Assembly: GCF_003214255.1 (NCBI RefSeq)
Contig: NZ_CP029011.1
Location: forward strand, 150,001-182,000
Direction: 5' to 3'
Length of the DNA: 32,000 nucleotides
DNA from: Candidatus Karelsulcia muelleri
Lineage (GTDB): Bacteria > Bacteroidota > Bacteroidia > Flavobacteriales > Blattabacteriaceae
The notes below the pieces were generated by a model. That model did no database searches and was not told the DNA's origin. It was given only the letters and a program-made list of their open reading frames with translations. Numbering within the stretch: position 1 is the first letter of the stretch; every line of letters begins with the position of its first letter. The translations under genes and the position numbers were made by a program. Positions 10,221-19,619 of this stretch are shown one piece after another.

Positions 10221-12674
10221 TTAAGATTTACTAGCTTTAATTATATCTGATAATACTCCAGATGCAGTAACTTCTGCACCTGCACCTGCACCTTTTATAA
10301 TTAAAGGTTGTTCACTATATCTTTGGGTATTATATAATACCATATTATCTTTTCCTTCCAGGTTAAAAAATGGATGATCCACTTTTATTGATTGTAACCC
10401 TACATATGCATTTCCATTTTCATATTTAGCTATAAAACGTAATTTTTTTCCTTTTTTCACAGTTTTTTCACGTATTTCATTAAAATAATTATTATATTTT
10501 TTTAATAGATTATAAAAATGATCTATTGATGTAGAATTTAAACATTCTTCAGGTAAGAAATTTTTTTTATATATATTTTCTAATTCTAGATTAGATCCAC
10601 ATTCACGTGCTAAAATTAATATTTTCCTCATTACATCTATTCCACTAAGATCTATCCTTGGATCTGGTTCTGTATATCCAGAATTTTGTGCTTCTTTTAC
10701 CACTTCAAAAAAATTTTTTTTTTCAAGAAATTTATTAAAAATAAAATTTAAACTCCCAGAAAGTACTGCTTCTATTTTATAGATTTTATCCCCACTATTG
10801 ATTAAATCATTCAGTGTACTAATTACAGGTAAACTAGCTCCTACATTAGTTTCAAACAAAAATGGAGCATTAAAATTTATTGATAATTCTTTAAGTTTTT
10901 TATAATAATCATAAGTTGATGAACATGCTATTTTATTACATGTAATAACACCTATTCCTTTTTTTAAAAAATTTTCATAGATCATAGCAATATTTATATT
11001 GGCTGTATTATCAACAAAAAGACTATTTCTAAAATTAATTTCATACATTATTTCCATAAATTTTTTTAAATCCATTTCATATGACATCTTATCAAGATAA
11101 TATTTATATTTTTTTATATCGATTCCATCTTTTTTAAAGATCATTTTTTTACTATTTGCTAACCCAATTACTCTTAATTTCAATTTAAATTCTTTTTTTA
11201 AATAATTTTTTTGCTTATAGATCTGATCTAAAAGATTACTTCCAACTTTTCCTAATCCTATTAGAAACAAATTTATTTGTTTATTTTTTTTTTCAAAAAA
11301 TTCTTCATGTAAAATATTTATTGCTTTTTTAAAATCTGTTTTGTTTATAACAACTGAAATATTTTTTTCAGTGGAACCTTGAGCTATTGCTCTGATATTA
11401 ATCCTATTTTTTCCTAAAGCACTAAAAATTTTTCCACTTGTTCCATGCATATTTTTCATTTTTTCTCCAACAAGTGCTATAATACATAAATCTCTTTCTA
11501 TCGAAAGAGGTTTTATCTTCTTATTAGATATTTCTATGTAAAATTCATTATCTATAACTAATTTAGCTTTTAAAACATCTTTTTCATGAATTCCTACAGC
11601 AATAGAATATTCTGAGGAACTTTGGGTAATAAATATTACATTTATTTTTTCTTCTGAAAGTTTTTTGAAAAGTCTTTTAGAAAAACCAGGAATTAAAAAT
11701 CCTACCATTCCACTTCCTTCTAATGTTATTAATGATATTTGTTTAATTCCAGAAATTCCTGTTACAGGTTTAGGTTTTTTTTTAAAAAAATTTATTCTTT
11801 CTATATAAGTTTCTTTTTTTTCAAAAAGACTTTTAATTTTTATAGGAATATTTTTTTCTATCACTGGTTGTATAGTAGTAGGAGATATTATTTTTGCTCC
11901 AAAATGAGATAATTCCATTGCTTCTTCAGAAGATATATTTCTTATAGTATAAGCTTGTGAGACTAATTTAGGATTGGCAGTCATTATTCCATTTACATTA
12001 GTACATATTTCTAATAAATCTGCTTTTAATGACGAGGCAACAATACCTGCTATATAATCTGCTCCCCCTCTTTCTAATGGAGTTATTTCTGATGAAAAAG
12101 CTATTATTCCTGGAAAAATAATATATTGTGATTTTTCTTTTTTAAAAAAATTTATTAAGTTATAATAACTTTTTTTTAAATCAATTTTGGAACATCCAGA
12201 TTCATAATCTGTTAAAATTAATTTTCTACTATCTTTAAATTTTACTTTTAAATCAAATTCTTTAATTTTTTCTGCTATTAAATAAGACGAATTTAAAACT
12301 CCAAAACTTATTAGATTTTCTAATGAAAATATTGATAACTTTTCTACTTGAAAAATTCCATCACAGATATTTTCTAATTTATTTATATTTTTTTTTAAAT
12401 TACTAATTAGACAACTTTTTTTTTTTAAATTAAATAATTCATTAATTATATTAATATGTTTATATTCTATTAATTTTAAGATTTTTTTATAATCTTTCTT
12501 TTTTTTAGAAGCTAATTTTCCACATTTTATTAAATCATCTGTAATATGATAGAAAGCAGATATAATTATAACATATTTTATATTCTTTGGATTTTTTTTT
12601 AAAAATGTACATATTTTTTTTAATGATTCACTATCAACTAATGAACTACTTCTAAAGTGTAGGACTTTTACCAT
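10221..12674 (-). CDS. thrA: Bifunctional aspartokinase / homoserine dehydrogenase
   Basis: 817 aa. The N-terminal amino-acid kinase domain carries LERGGADYIAGIVA and is followed by ACT regions. The C-terminal homoserine dehydrogenase carries LIGLGKVGSNLL and GYTEPDPRIDLSGIDVMRKILILARE. Confidence 0.95.
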   Translation of the reverse strand: MVKVLHFRSSSLVDSESLKKICTFLKKNPKNIKYVIIISAFYHITDDLIKCGKLASKKKKDYKKILKLIEYKHINIINELFNLKKKSCLISNLKKNINKLENICDGIFQVEKLSIFSLENLISFGVLNSSYLIAEKIKEFDLKVKFKDSRKLILTDYESGCSKIDLKKSYYNLINFFKKEKSQYIIFPGIIAFSSEITPLERGGADYIAGIVASSLKADLLEICTNVNGIMTANPKLVSQAYTIRNISSEEAMELSHFGAKIISPTTIQPVIEKNIPIKIKSLFEKKETYIERINFFKKKPKPVTGISGIKQISLITLEGSGMVGFLIPGFSKRLFKKLSEEKINVIFITQSSSEYSIAVGIHEKDVLKAKLVIDNEFYIEISNKKIKPLSIERDLCIIALVGEKMKNMHGTSGKIFSALGKNRINIRAIAQGSTEKNISVVINKTDFKKAINILHEEFFEKKNKQINLFLIGLGKVGSNLLDQIYKQKNYLKKEFKLKLRVIGLANSKKMIFKKDGIDIKKYKYYLDKMSYEMDLKKFMEIMYEINFRNSLFVDNTANINIAMIYENFLKKGIGVITCNKIACSSTYDYYKKLKELSINFNAPFLFETNVGASLPVISTLNDLINSGDKIYKIEAVLSGSLNFIFNKFLEKKNFFEVVKEAQNSGYTEPDPRIDLSGIDVMRKILILARECGSNLELENIYKKNFLPEECLNSTSIDHFYNLLKKYNNYFNEIREKTVKKGKKLRFIAKYENGNAYVGLQSIKVDHPFFNLEGKDNMVLYNTQRYSEQPLIIKGAGAGAEVTASGVLSDIIKASKS

Positions 12675-12702
12675 TATAATACTTTATAATACACTCATTT
12701 CG

Positions 12703-12775
12703 TGATCACGACAGGATTTGAACCTGTAACCTACTGCTTAGAAGGCAGTTGCTCTCTCCATTGAGCTACGTGACC
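12703..12775 (-). tRNA. tRNA-Arg (anticodon TCT)
   Basis: I folded the reverse complement by hand. Acceptor is GGTCACG/CGTGATC, anticodon stem ACTGC/GCAGT with loop CTTCTAA, T-arm ACAGG-TTCAAAT-CCTGT, discriminator A. No CCA is encoded. Confidence 0.9.
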
Positions 12776-12778
12776 CTG

Positions 12779-12853
12779 TCGGGATGATAGGATTCGAACC
12801 TACGACCTCCTGGTCCCAAACCAGGCGCGATAACCAACCTACGCTACATCCCG
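12779..12853 (-). tRNA. tRNA-Pro (anticodon TGG)
   Basis: Acceptor is CGGGATG/CATCCCG, anticodon stem CCTGG/CCAGG with loop TTTGGGA, T-arm GTAGG-TTCGAAT-CCTAT. No CCA is encoded. It lies 3 nt from each neighbouring tRNA. Confidence 0.9.
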
Positions 12854-12856
12854 GGG

Positions 12857-12938
12857 CGGAGAGTGTGAGATTTGAACTCACGAAGCAAAATGCTGACAGT
12901 TTAGCAAACTGTTCCGTTAACCCCTCCGGCAACTCTCC
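12857..12938 (-). tRNA. tRNA-Ser (anticodon GCT), class II with a long variable arm
   Basis: Acceptor is GGAGAGT/ACTCTCC, anticodon stem ACAGT/ACTGT with loop TTGCTAA, variable arm AGCA-TTTT-TGCT, T-arm GTGAG-TTCAAAT-CTCAC. The 5' end lies 1 nt from the stop codon of the upstream membrane-protein gene. Confidence 0.9.
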
Positions 12939-12939
12939 T

Positions 12940-13599
12940 CTATCTTTTGCCAGAAGTTTTAATAAGTTTAGGAGAAAAATCTAGAATTCCTAATCCACGA
13001 ATTAATAAAATAAATCCCATTATTATTTTCAATAATGTTATATTATTTAATAATATTTTTTTTAAATTAAAAATTAGCAAATTTTTTATACTAAATAAAG
13101 TAAACATCATAGGAACTGTTCCTAATCCAAAATAAAACATAAATATTCCTCCCAACAAACTATTCCCTCTAGAAATAGCTAGACTAATAGCTATATAAAC
13201 TATACTACATGGTATCAATCCATTAAATAATCCTTTTAAGAAGAAAAAATTTTTTTTTAAAAAAATTAATTTCTTTAAAAGAAAATATAATGGATTTTTA
13301 ATTATTAAATGATTTCTTTTCATCAAAGATGAAAATATTATATTCCCACCTAAAAATAAGGAAGTTTTTTTTTGATATCCTATTAAATTCAATCGATATC
13401 CTATTGTTCCAAATATATATCCTAATAAAATATAGGAAATCATTCTCCCTATTTGATAGTTAAAATTGTTAAAGTTTTTTTTTAATTTTAATTTTAAAAA
13501 AAAAAAGGTTAGAGGGCCACACATACTAAAACAATGAATACTACTAATTATTCCCAATAAAAATCCTAGAGAAATATATGAACAATTTAGTTTTTCCAT
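12940..13599 (-). CDS. DsbD_2 / TauE-SafE-like polytopic membrane protein associated with cbb3 oxidase clusters
   Basis: 219 aa and very hydrophobic. It carries an HC..MCGP motif (SSIHCFSMCGPL) and a later LIPCSIVY motif. In Flavobacteriia this family sits immediately after ccoH. The function is not established. Confidence 0.65.
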   Translation of the reverse strand: MEKLNCSYISLGFLLGIISSIHCFSMCGPLTFFFLKLKLKKNFNNFNYQIGRMISYILLGYIFGTIGYRLNLIGYQKKTSLFLGGNIIFSSLMKRNHLIIKNPLYFLLKKLIFLKKNFFFLKGLFNGLIPCSIVYIAISLAISRGNSLLGGIFMFYFGLGTVPMMFTLFSIKNLLIFNLKKILLNNITLLKIIMGFILLIRGLGILDFSPKLIKTSGKR

Positions 13600-14033
13600 A
13601 TTATATCTTTTTCGATTAAAAATTCTTTGTTATTAACAATCCATCTTAATAGAAGATTATAATTACCTTTTTTTAATGTTTTAGATGAAATAATTATGAA
13701 ATAATTATTTTTTGTATTCATTGAATTATTATTATCTAATAAACTATTAGAATATCTAATTAAAGAATAATTAATATTTAAATTTAAATAATTTTTTTCT
13801 TTTGGAAAAACAATGTGAATTCCTTTTTTGGAAATTTTAAATTTTATTTTATTTTTTAAAAATTTAGCATTTTTTTTACTATCTATTTTTTTTTGAAAAT
13901 TTATTTCTTCTTCATAATATTTCTTTGAAATTAATTCACTCTTAATTGATTGTTTTCTTAACAAAAAATAACTATTAAAAGTTAGAAATACAAATAAAAG
14001 GGAAAAAACTACTATTTTATAGTTAATTTTCAT
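13587..14033 (-). CDS. ccoH: FixH/CcoH family cbb3 oxidase assembly protein
   Basis: 148 aa with a single N-terminal TM helix. The KKYYEEEINFQKKID stretch and the …GIHIVFPKE… pattern resemble flavobacterial FixH-family proteins. It is positioned downstream of ccoP. Confidence 0.65.
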   Translation of the reverse strand: MKINYKIVVFSLLFVFLTFNSYFLLRKQSIKSELISKKYYEEEINFQKKIDSKKNAKFLKNKIKFKISKKGIHIVFPKEKNYLNLNINYSLIRYSNSLLDNNNSMNTKNNYFIIISSKTLKKGNYNLLLRWIVNNKEFLIEKDIIWKN

Positions 14034-14063
14034 GTCCTACAGTTTTTAATTTACAGTTTTTAA

Positions 14064-14843
14064 TTATTCCAAAATAATTTTGTCTCCTTCTGGAAATTTG
14101 GGATTTTTTGGTTTGTTGTTGTTTTTATTTATAAAATAAATATAACTAGATAATTTTTGAATATCATTGCCTTTTATTTCTCCTGAAGCACCAAACGCCC
14201 TCATAACTTTATTATTTTTACTCCCATTCCATATTATAGAAAATACATTTTTTATAAGAGTTTTTTCTTTATGATTTATCCAATAATCATCTGTTAAATT
14301 TGGGCCTATATTTCCTCCTCCATCTATATTATGACAAGTTGCACAATTTTCATTAAAAAGTTTTTTTCCGTCATTAATAAATTTTTTATCAAATTTTACA
14401 GTTTCTATACTAGCTTGGGGTTGTTTTTTTTCAAATTCTTTTATTTTTTTTAATTGATTTTTATAGGCTCTTTTATATTCAAATTGTGGATTTGCAAAAT
14501 TTGTAAAAAAAAAAGAACAAAAATATATAATAGAAATTACTATTGTAATAGAAAAAAGTTGTTGCCACCATTTAGGAATTTTATTATCTAATTCTAAAAT
14601 TCCATCAAACCCATGATTTATTGTTTTTATTTTTTTTTCATAACTCTGAAACTTTTTTAACTTTTTTTTTGATAATTGATTTTTAAATATTTCTTCTAAA
14701 AAAGAAGATATTATTATTAATAATAATGATATTATATAAATCCATATTGATAATGGATGTTTCAGATAATCAAAATCACATTCTAAAAAAACATAAAAAA
14801 TAAAAATTATAATAATTAATGAAAAAAATAATTTTCTTAACAT
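14064..14843 (-). CDS. ccoP: cbb3-type cytochrome c oxidase subunit III (CcoP), apparently monoheme
   Basis: 259 aa. The CcoP N-terminal domain motif is HGFDGILELDNKIPKWW. I see only one CXXCH site (CATCH), followed by GGGNIGPNLTDDYW. Confidence 0.85.
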   Translation of the reverse strand: MLRKLFFSLIIIIFIFYVFLECDFDYLKHPLSIWIYIISLLLIIISSFLEEIFKNQLSKKKLKKFQSYEKKIKTINHGFDGILELDNKIPKWWQQLFSITIVISIIYFCSFFFTNFANPQFEYKRAYKNQLKKIKEFEKKQPQASIETVKFDKKFINDGKKLFNENCATCHNIDGGGNIGPNLTDDYWINHKEKTLIKNVFSIIWNGSKNNKVMRAFGASGEIKGNDIQKLSSYIYFINKNNNKPKNPKFPEGDKIILE

Positions 14844-14852
14844 AAAATTACT

Positions 14853-17102
14853 CTAATCTATTCCTTGTATATCTTTTCCTAATCTTTGTAAATATGATAT
14901 AATTGCAATTATTTCTCTTTCTTTTAAAGGAAAGAATTTTTTTCCATAAACTTTTTTTTGAAAATTTATCTGTTGTTTTATTTCCGGAGATTCTTTATAA
15001 ATTTCTTTTTCTATTAACCCAGCTTGTCTATCAAGATAATTATATGCATTTTCTATATCTTTTTCTAAATAAGGAACTCCTAGTTTTTTCATTACTTTCA
15101 TTTTTAATAATGTTTTAGATTTATCTAATTTTCTATATATTAACCATGGATATCTTGGCATAATAGATCCTGGAGATGTAGATCTTGGGTCATACATATG
15201 TTTAAAATGCCATGAACTAGGATTTTTGCCTCCTTCTCTAGCTAAATCCGGGCCAGAACGTTTAGAGCCCCATAAAAATGGATGATCATAGACAAATTCC
15301 CCAGCTTTAGAATATTCTCTATAACGAACTACTTCATCCCTAAATGGCCGTACCATTTGAGAGTGACATCCATTACATCCTTCTCTAATGTATAAATCTC
15401 TACCTTCTAATTCAAGAGGGGTATATGGTCTAACACTAGTTAATGTAGGAGTATTGGATTTTATTATCATATTAGGTATAATTTCTACAATGCCCCCAAT
15501 AGAAACTACTATTAAAGATAGTAAAAAAAATGTTATTGGTTTTTTTTCTAACCAATTATGAAAAGTTTCTACTTCAAATTCTTTTTTTGAATCAGTAATT
15601 GATTTGCAAGCTTCATTTTTAATAAAATCTCCTTTTTTTATTGTTTTATATATATTATAGATCATAAAGATCATTCCTAACATATATAATAAGCCTCCAA
15701 TAAATCTTATTTTATAATAAGGAATTATAGAAATAACAGATTTTACAAAATTTTTATTGGTAAGGGATCCATCCTCATTAAATTGTTTCCACATTTTTGA
15801 TTGTCTTATTGCACTCCAATACATTGGAATCACATAAACCAATATACCTAAAGTACCTAGAAAAAAATGGATATTAGCATAGAGTTTAGAATAAATTTTA
15901 GTATTCCATAATTTTTCTACTAACCAATAAATTACTCCAAAAGCCATAAATCCATTCCATCCTAAAGTTCCTATATGAACATGTGCAATGATCCAATCAG
16001 TAAAATGAGCTATAGCATTTAATTTTTTAGTAGCCAGCATTGGGCCTTCAAAAGTGGCAATACCATAAAAAGTAAGAGATAAAACAAAATATTTTAATAT
16101 ATGATTTTTATTTATTTTAGTTCCTTTTAAGGTCAATAAACCATTTAACATTCCTCCCCAGGATGGAGCAATTAACATAATTGAAAATATAGTGCCTAAC
16201 ATTTGAGCCCATGCAGGAAGAGCAGTGTAAATTAAATGATGAGGACCGGCCCAAATATATATAAAGATTAATGACCAAAAATGAATAATTGATAATTTAT
16301 ATGAAAAAATAGGTTGACCAGAAGCTTTAGGAACAAAATAATACATTAATCCTAATATAGGGGTAGTTAAAATAAATGCAACAGCATTATGACCATACCA
16401 CCATTGGACTAATGCATCTTGAACTCCAGCATAAATAGAATAACTTTTTAAAGAAAAAAAAGATATAGGTAATTCAAGATTATTAAATATATGAAGTATA
16501 CTTACACTTACCCATGTGCCAATAAAAAACCATATAGAGACATATATATGTTTTATTCTTCTTTTCATAATGGTTCCAATCATGTTTATTCCATAAATAA
16601 TCCAGATGATACATATCATTATATCTAATGGCCATTCATGTTCTGCATATTCTTTACTAGTATTTATTCCTAAGAAAAAGGTAATCCAAGATAACAGAAT
16701 GAATATTTGCCACCCCCAAAAATGGATCCAACTTAATAGATCACTATACATTCTTGATTTTAATAAACGTTGTAAAGAATAATAAGAACCGGTAAAAATT
16801 ATATTTCCTATAAATGCAAATATAACCGTTGTTGTATGTATCATTCTTAACCTCCCAAATCCCATTATTCCATTTTCATATTTGAGATTATGTCCAAAAA
16901 AAATCTCTGGGAGATTTGGAGAAAAAAGCATTAAAGAAAGAATTATACCTACTAAAAACCCTGTAAAAGCCCAAAAAATTGTAGCATATAAAAAAGCTTT
17001 GACAATATTATTATCATAATAGAATTTTTCTATTTTAAACCATCTTTCCTTCTCTTTCTCTTTCTCTTTCTTTCCTTCTCTTTCTACCTCCTTCATTTTC
17101 AT
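14853..17102 (-). CDS. ccoNO: cbb3-type cytochrome c oxidase, fused subunits I and II (CcoN-CcoO)
   Basis: 749 aa. The multi-TM heme-copper oxidase domain carries HNAVAF, HHLIYT and AHVHIGTLGWNG. The C-terminal CcoO part carries GRDLYIREGCNGCHSQMVRP. The start is uncertain because the first 20 codons lie in a GA-repeat tract shared with ccoS. Confidence 0.95.
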   Translation of the reverse strand: MKMKEVEREGKKEKEKEKERWFKIEKFYYDNNIVKAFLYATIFWAFTGFLVGIILSLMLFSPNLPEIFFGHNLKYENGIMGFGRLRMIHTTTVIFAFIGNIIFTGSYYSLQRLLKSRMYSDLLSWIHFWGWQIFILLSWITFFLGINTSKEYAEHEWPLDIMICIIWIIYGINMIGTIMKRRIKHIYVSIWFFIGTWVSVSILHIFNNLELPISFFSLKSYSIYAGVQDALVQWWYGHNAVAFILTTPILGLMYYFVPKASGQPIFSYKLSIIHFWSLIFIYIWAGPHHLIYTALPAWAQMLGTIFSIMLIAPSWGGMLNGLLTLKGTKINKNHILKYFVLSLTFYGIATFEGPMLATKKLNAIAHFTDWIIAHVHIGTLGWNGFMAFGVIYWLVEKLWNTKIYSKLYANIHFFLGTLGILVYVIPMYWSAIRQSKMWKQFNEDGSLTNKNFVKSVISIIPYYKIRFIGGLLYMLGMIFMIYNIYKTIKKGDFIKNEACKSITDSKKEFEVETFHNWLEKKPITFFLLSLIVVSIGGIVEIIPNMIIKSNTPTLTSVRPYTPLELEGRDLYIREGCNGCHSQMVRPFRDEVVRYREYSKAGEFVYDHPFLWGSKRSGPDLAREGGKNPSSWHFKHMYDPRSTSPGSIMPRYPWLIYRKLDKSKTLLKMKVMKKLGVPYLEKDIENAYNYLDRQAGLIEKEIYKESPEIKQQINFQKKVYGKKFFPLKEREIIAIISYLQRLGKDIQGID

Positions 17103-17232
17103 CTATTAAAATTCTGATAGAATTTGATTCATAATCCTCAAATTGATTATTAATTGCATTAATAAAAAATAATATTAAAAATATAATTTCTATAATTAAA
17201 CTTATTAATATCATTAAGATTAATATCTCCAA
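17035..17232 (-). CDS. ccoS: cbb3 oxidase maturation protein CcoS (FixS)
   Basis: 65 aa. One N-terminal TM helix is followed by NNQFEDYESNSIRILIDE, which matches the CcoS G-Q-[FY]-[DE]-D…R-I-L-x-D pattern. The C-terminal tail GGRKRRKEREREREGKMV is encoded by the homopurine tract and overlaps ccoNO by 68 nt. Confidence 0.75.
   Translation of the reverse strand: MEILILMILISLIIEIIFLILFFINAINNQFEDYESNSIRILIDENEGGRKRRKEREREREGKMV
17043..17094. repeat. Homopyrimidine (+) / homopurine (-) low-complexity tract with TCTCTT hexamer repeats
   Basis: Positions 17043..17085 are pure C/T on the + strand (43 nt). TCTCTT occurs three times at 17051..17068. The 12-mer CCTTCTCTTTCT occurs twice, at 17048..17059 and 17074..17085. 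The tract is clearly more GC-rich than its surroundings. Confidence 0.9.
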
Positions 17233-17234
17233 AT

Positions 17235-19619
17235 TTATAAATTTATTTTTAATTTATAAGCCGTTATCCAAGTAGATAATAAAGAAAAGATTAGTACTGA
17301 TATAAAACTTAAAGGCATTAAAATAGCAGCTATAATGGGGGTTAAATTTCCAGTTATAGCAAATGATAATCCCAAAAGATTATATATTATACTTATAACA
17401 AAACTTATTCTAACTAATTTAGAACTAATATTAGAATATTTAAAAAAAATTGGAATTTTATCAAAAGAACTAGCATCCATTATTATATCACAATTTGGAC
17501 AAAAACTTTGATTATTGGAGATAACTATTCCTATATCACTTTGTTTTAAAGCTATAGAATCATTAATTCCATCTCCAAACATTAAAACTTTTTCTCCAAT
17601 TTTTTGAAGATTTTTAATTTTCTTATATTTATCCATTGGACTTTGAAAAAAATATAATTTGCTTTTAGCTGGTAATAAAGATTTTAAATATTTTTTTTCT
17701 TTATCATTATCTCCTGATAAAATTAATATTTTATATTTTTTACCTAAAAATTTAAATATCTTTTTTAAATTTTTCCGATAAAAATTTTTAACTAAAAAAT
17801 ACCCTATTTTTTTTTTATCAAAAGATATAGAAACTTTAGTCGTTTTTTTTTCATTTTTAAAATTATCTGAACTTAAAGAATTATTTGATTTGCCTGCTTT
17901 TATTTCGATACCATTTACTAATCCTTTTATTCCTTTTCCTGGACTTTCTTCAAAATTAGTGACTAATTCAGTTTCATTTAAATTTGATAATTTATTAGAA
18001 ATAATTTTACATAAAGGATGATTGGAATTTTTTAATAATGAAATTATTTTTAATTTTTTATTCAATTCAAGTTTGGGGCCAATAAATTTAATATTTGATT
18101 TTTCCAATTCAGTAATAGTACCTGTTTTATCAAAAATTAGAGATGTAATTTTATAAATTTGTTCTATAGAAGAAATATCTCTTATATAAAAGCCTTTTTT
18201 TCCTAAAATATGGATAACATTTCCAAAAATAAAAGAAGGAGATAAAGCAACTCCACAGGGACAAGCAACTATTAATATAGAAGAAATTATTTCAAATACT
18301 CTATTGACGTTTTTAAAATACCAAAAAATTCCTGAAATGACAGAAATTATTAGTATAAATAAAGTAAAATATTTACTAATTAAATTTAGTTTAGTATTAA
18401 TAATATTTTTTTTCTTTCTAAAAGCTTCATTAATCCATAAATTATGAAGATAACTTTTATCTACATCTTTTACTATTTTGAGTTTAATTCTTCCCCCTTT
18501 TTGTTTAGCTCCAGCATAAATATAATCACCTAATTTTTTAGATTTAATATTAGATTCTCCTGTTATAAAACTATTATCTATAATAGCTAATCCTTCTATC
18601 AAAATTGAATCTGCTGGGATAATTTCTTCATTTTTTATAATGATAAAATCTCCTTTTTTAAGATTAGAAATAAGAATATTTTTTTCTAAATTATTTATTA
18701 ATTTAGTACTATAAATGGGAAGAAAATATTGATAATTATTATCAAATGATAAATATTTATAAGTTTTTAATTGTAAAAATTTTCCTAAAAGAAGAAAAAA
18801 AACTAATCCAGAAAGACTATCAAAATATCCACTTCCAATATTAGATATTATTTCATATAGACTTCTAAAATATAAGACTAAAATTCCTAGAGAAATAGAA
18901 AAATCGATATTTAAAGATTTATTTTTTAATCCTAAAAAAGCAGATTGAATATAATCAATAGATGAAAAAAAAATTATAGGTAGAGAAAGAAAAAACATTA
19001 TTAATCTGAAAAAAGTATTATGGGTTCTAAACCATTCATCCCTATTAGATCCTAAATATTCAGGAAATGATAAAAGCATTATATTCCCAAAACAAAAAAA
19101 AGAAATAACTATTTTATATACAAAAAAATTCCTATTATAAATAGGAATGGAATTAAAATTACCATAAGTAATTGATGGTTTATACCCAATTTTAGTGAGA
19201 AGTTTAGCTAAATCACTTAGTTTATAACCTGAATTTTTATATGTTATATAAATACTTTTTTTAGTAAAATTTACTGTTGAATTTATAATCTTTTTTTCTA
19301 ATTTGTTTAAATTTTCTAAAAGCCAAATACAAGAACTACAATGAATTGATGGAATAGTAAACCTTACTATGGTAAAATTTTTATCAGAAAAAGAAACTAT
19401 TTTACTAAAAATAGTTTTTGTATCTAAAAAAGAAAAATTATATTTTTTTTCTGTTTCCGGAGAAAAACCTGGATTTTTATTTAATTCATAAAATTTTTTT
19501 AAATTAGATTTCTCAATTAAATTATAAATTGTAAGACATCCGTCACAACAAAAAAAAAATTTATTAAAACATATTTTGTTAGTAATACATTTGTTGCCAC
19601 AATGAAAACATTTTTCTAT
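17235..19619 (-). CDS. ccoI: Copper-translocating P1B-type ATPase CcoI/FixI; the 5' boundary is unresolved
   Basis: P-type motifs are ITGES, CPC (VACPCGVAL), DKTGTIT and GDGINDS. The frame is open up to 19637, and the upstream 180 or more codons encode a CFHCG…FCCDGC Cys-rich domain and an HMA-like domain (IHCSSCIWLLENL). There is no in-frame ATG upstream of 19079. The coordinate given uses the in-frame ATA at 19617..19619. Confidence 0.85.
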   Translation of the reverse strand: MEKCFHCGNKCITNKICFNKFFFCCDGCLTIYNLIEKSNLKKFYELNKNPGFSPETEKKYNFSFLDTKTIFSKIVSFSDKNFTIVRFTIPSIHCSSCIWLLENLNKLEKKIINSTVNFTKKSIYITYKNSGYKLSDLAKLLTKIGYKPSITYGNFNSIPIYNRNFFVYKIVISFFCFGNIMLLSFPEYLGSNRDEWFRTHNTFFRLIMFFLSLPIIFFSSIDYIQSAFLGLKNKSLNIDFSISLGILVLYFRSLYEIISNIGSGYFDSLSGLVFFLLLGKFLQLKTYKYLSFDNNYQYFLPIYSTKLINNLEKNILISNLKKGDFIIIKNEEIIPADSILIEGLAIIDNSFITGESNIKSKKLGDYIYAGAKQKGGRIKLKIVKDVDKSYLHNLWINEAFRKKKNIINTKLNLISKYFTLFILIISVISGIFWYFKNVNRVFEIISSILIVACPCGVALSPSFIFGNVIHILGKKGFYIRDISSIEQIYKITSLIFDKTGTITELEKSNIKFIGPKLELNKKLKIISLLKNSNHPLCKIISNKLSNLNETELVTNFEESPGKGIKGLVNGIEIKAGKSNNSLSSDNFKNEKKTTKVSISFDKKKIGYFLVKNFYRKNLKKIFKFLGKKYKILILSGDNDKEKKYLKSLLPAKSKLYFFQSPMDKYKKIKNLQKIGEKVLMFGDGINDSIALKQSDIGIVISNNQSFCPNCDIIMDASSFDKIPIFFKYSNISSKLVRISFVISIIYNLLGLSFAITGNLTPIIAAILMPLSFISVLIFSLLSTWITAYKLKINL

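Noticed and set aside
12738-12984. Two listed ORFs over this interval: 12738..12932 on the minus strand (64 aa) and 12784..12984 on the plus strand (66 aa)
   Set aside because: They run straight through the three tRNA genes, which form the locally GC-rich island that suppresses stop codons. Neither has a recognisable protein signature. They are artefacts of tRNA sequence.
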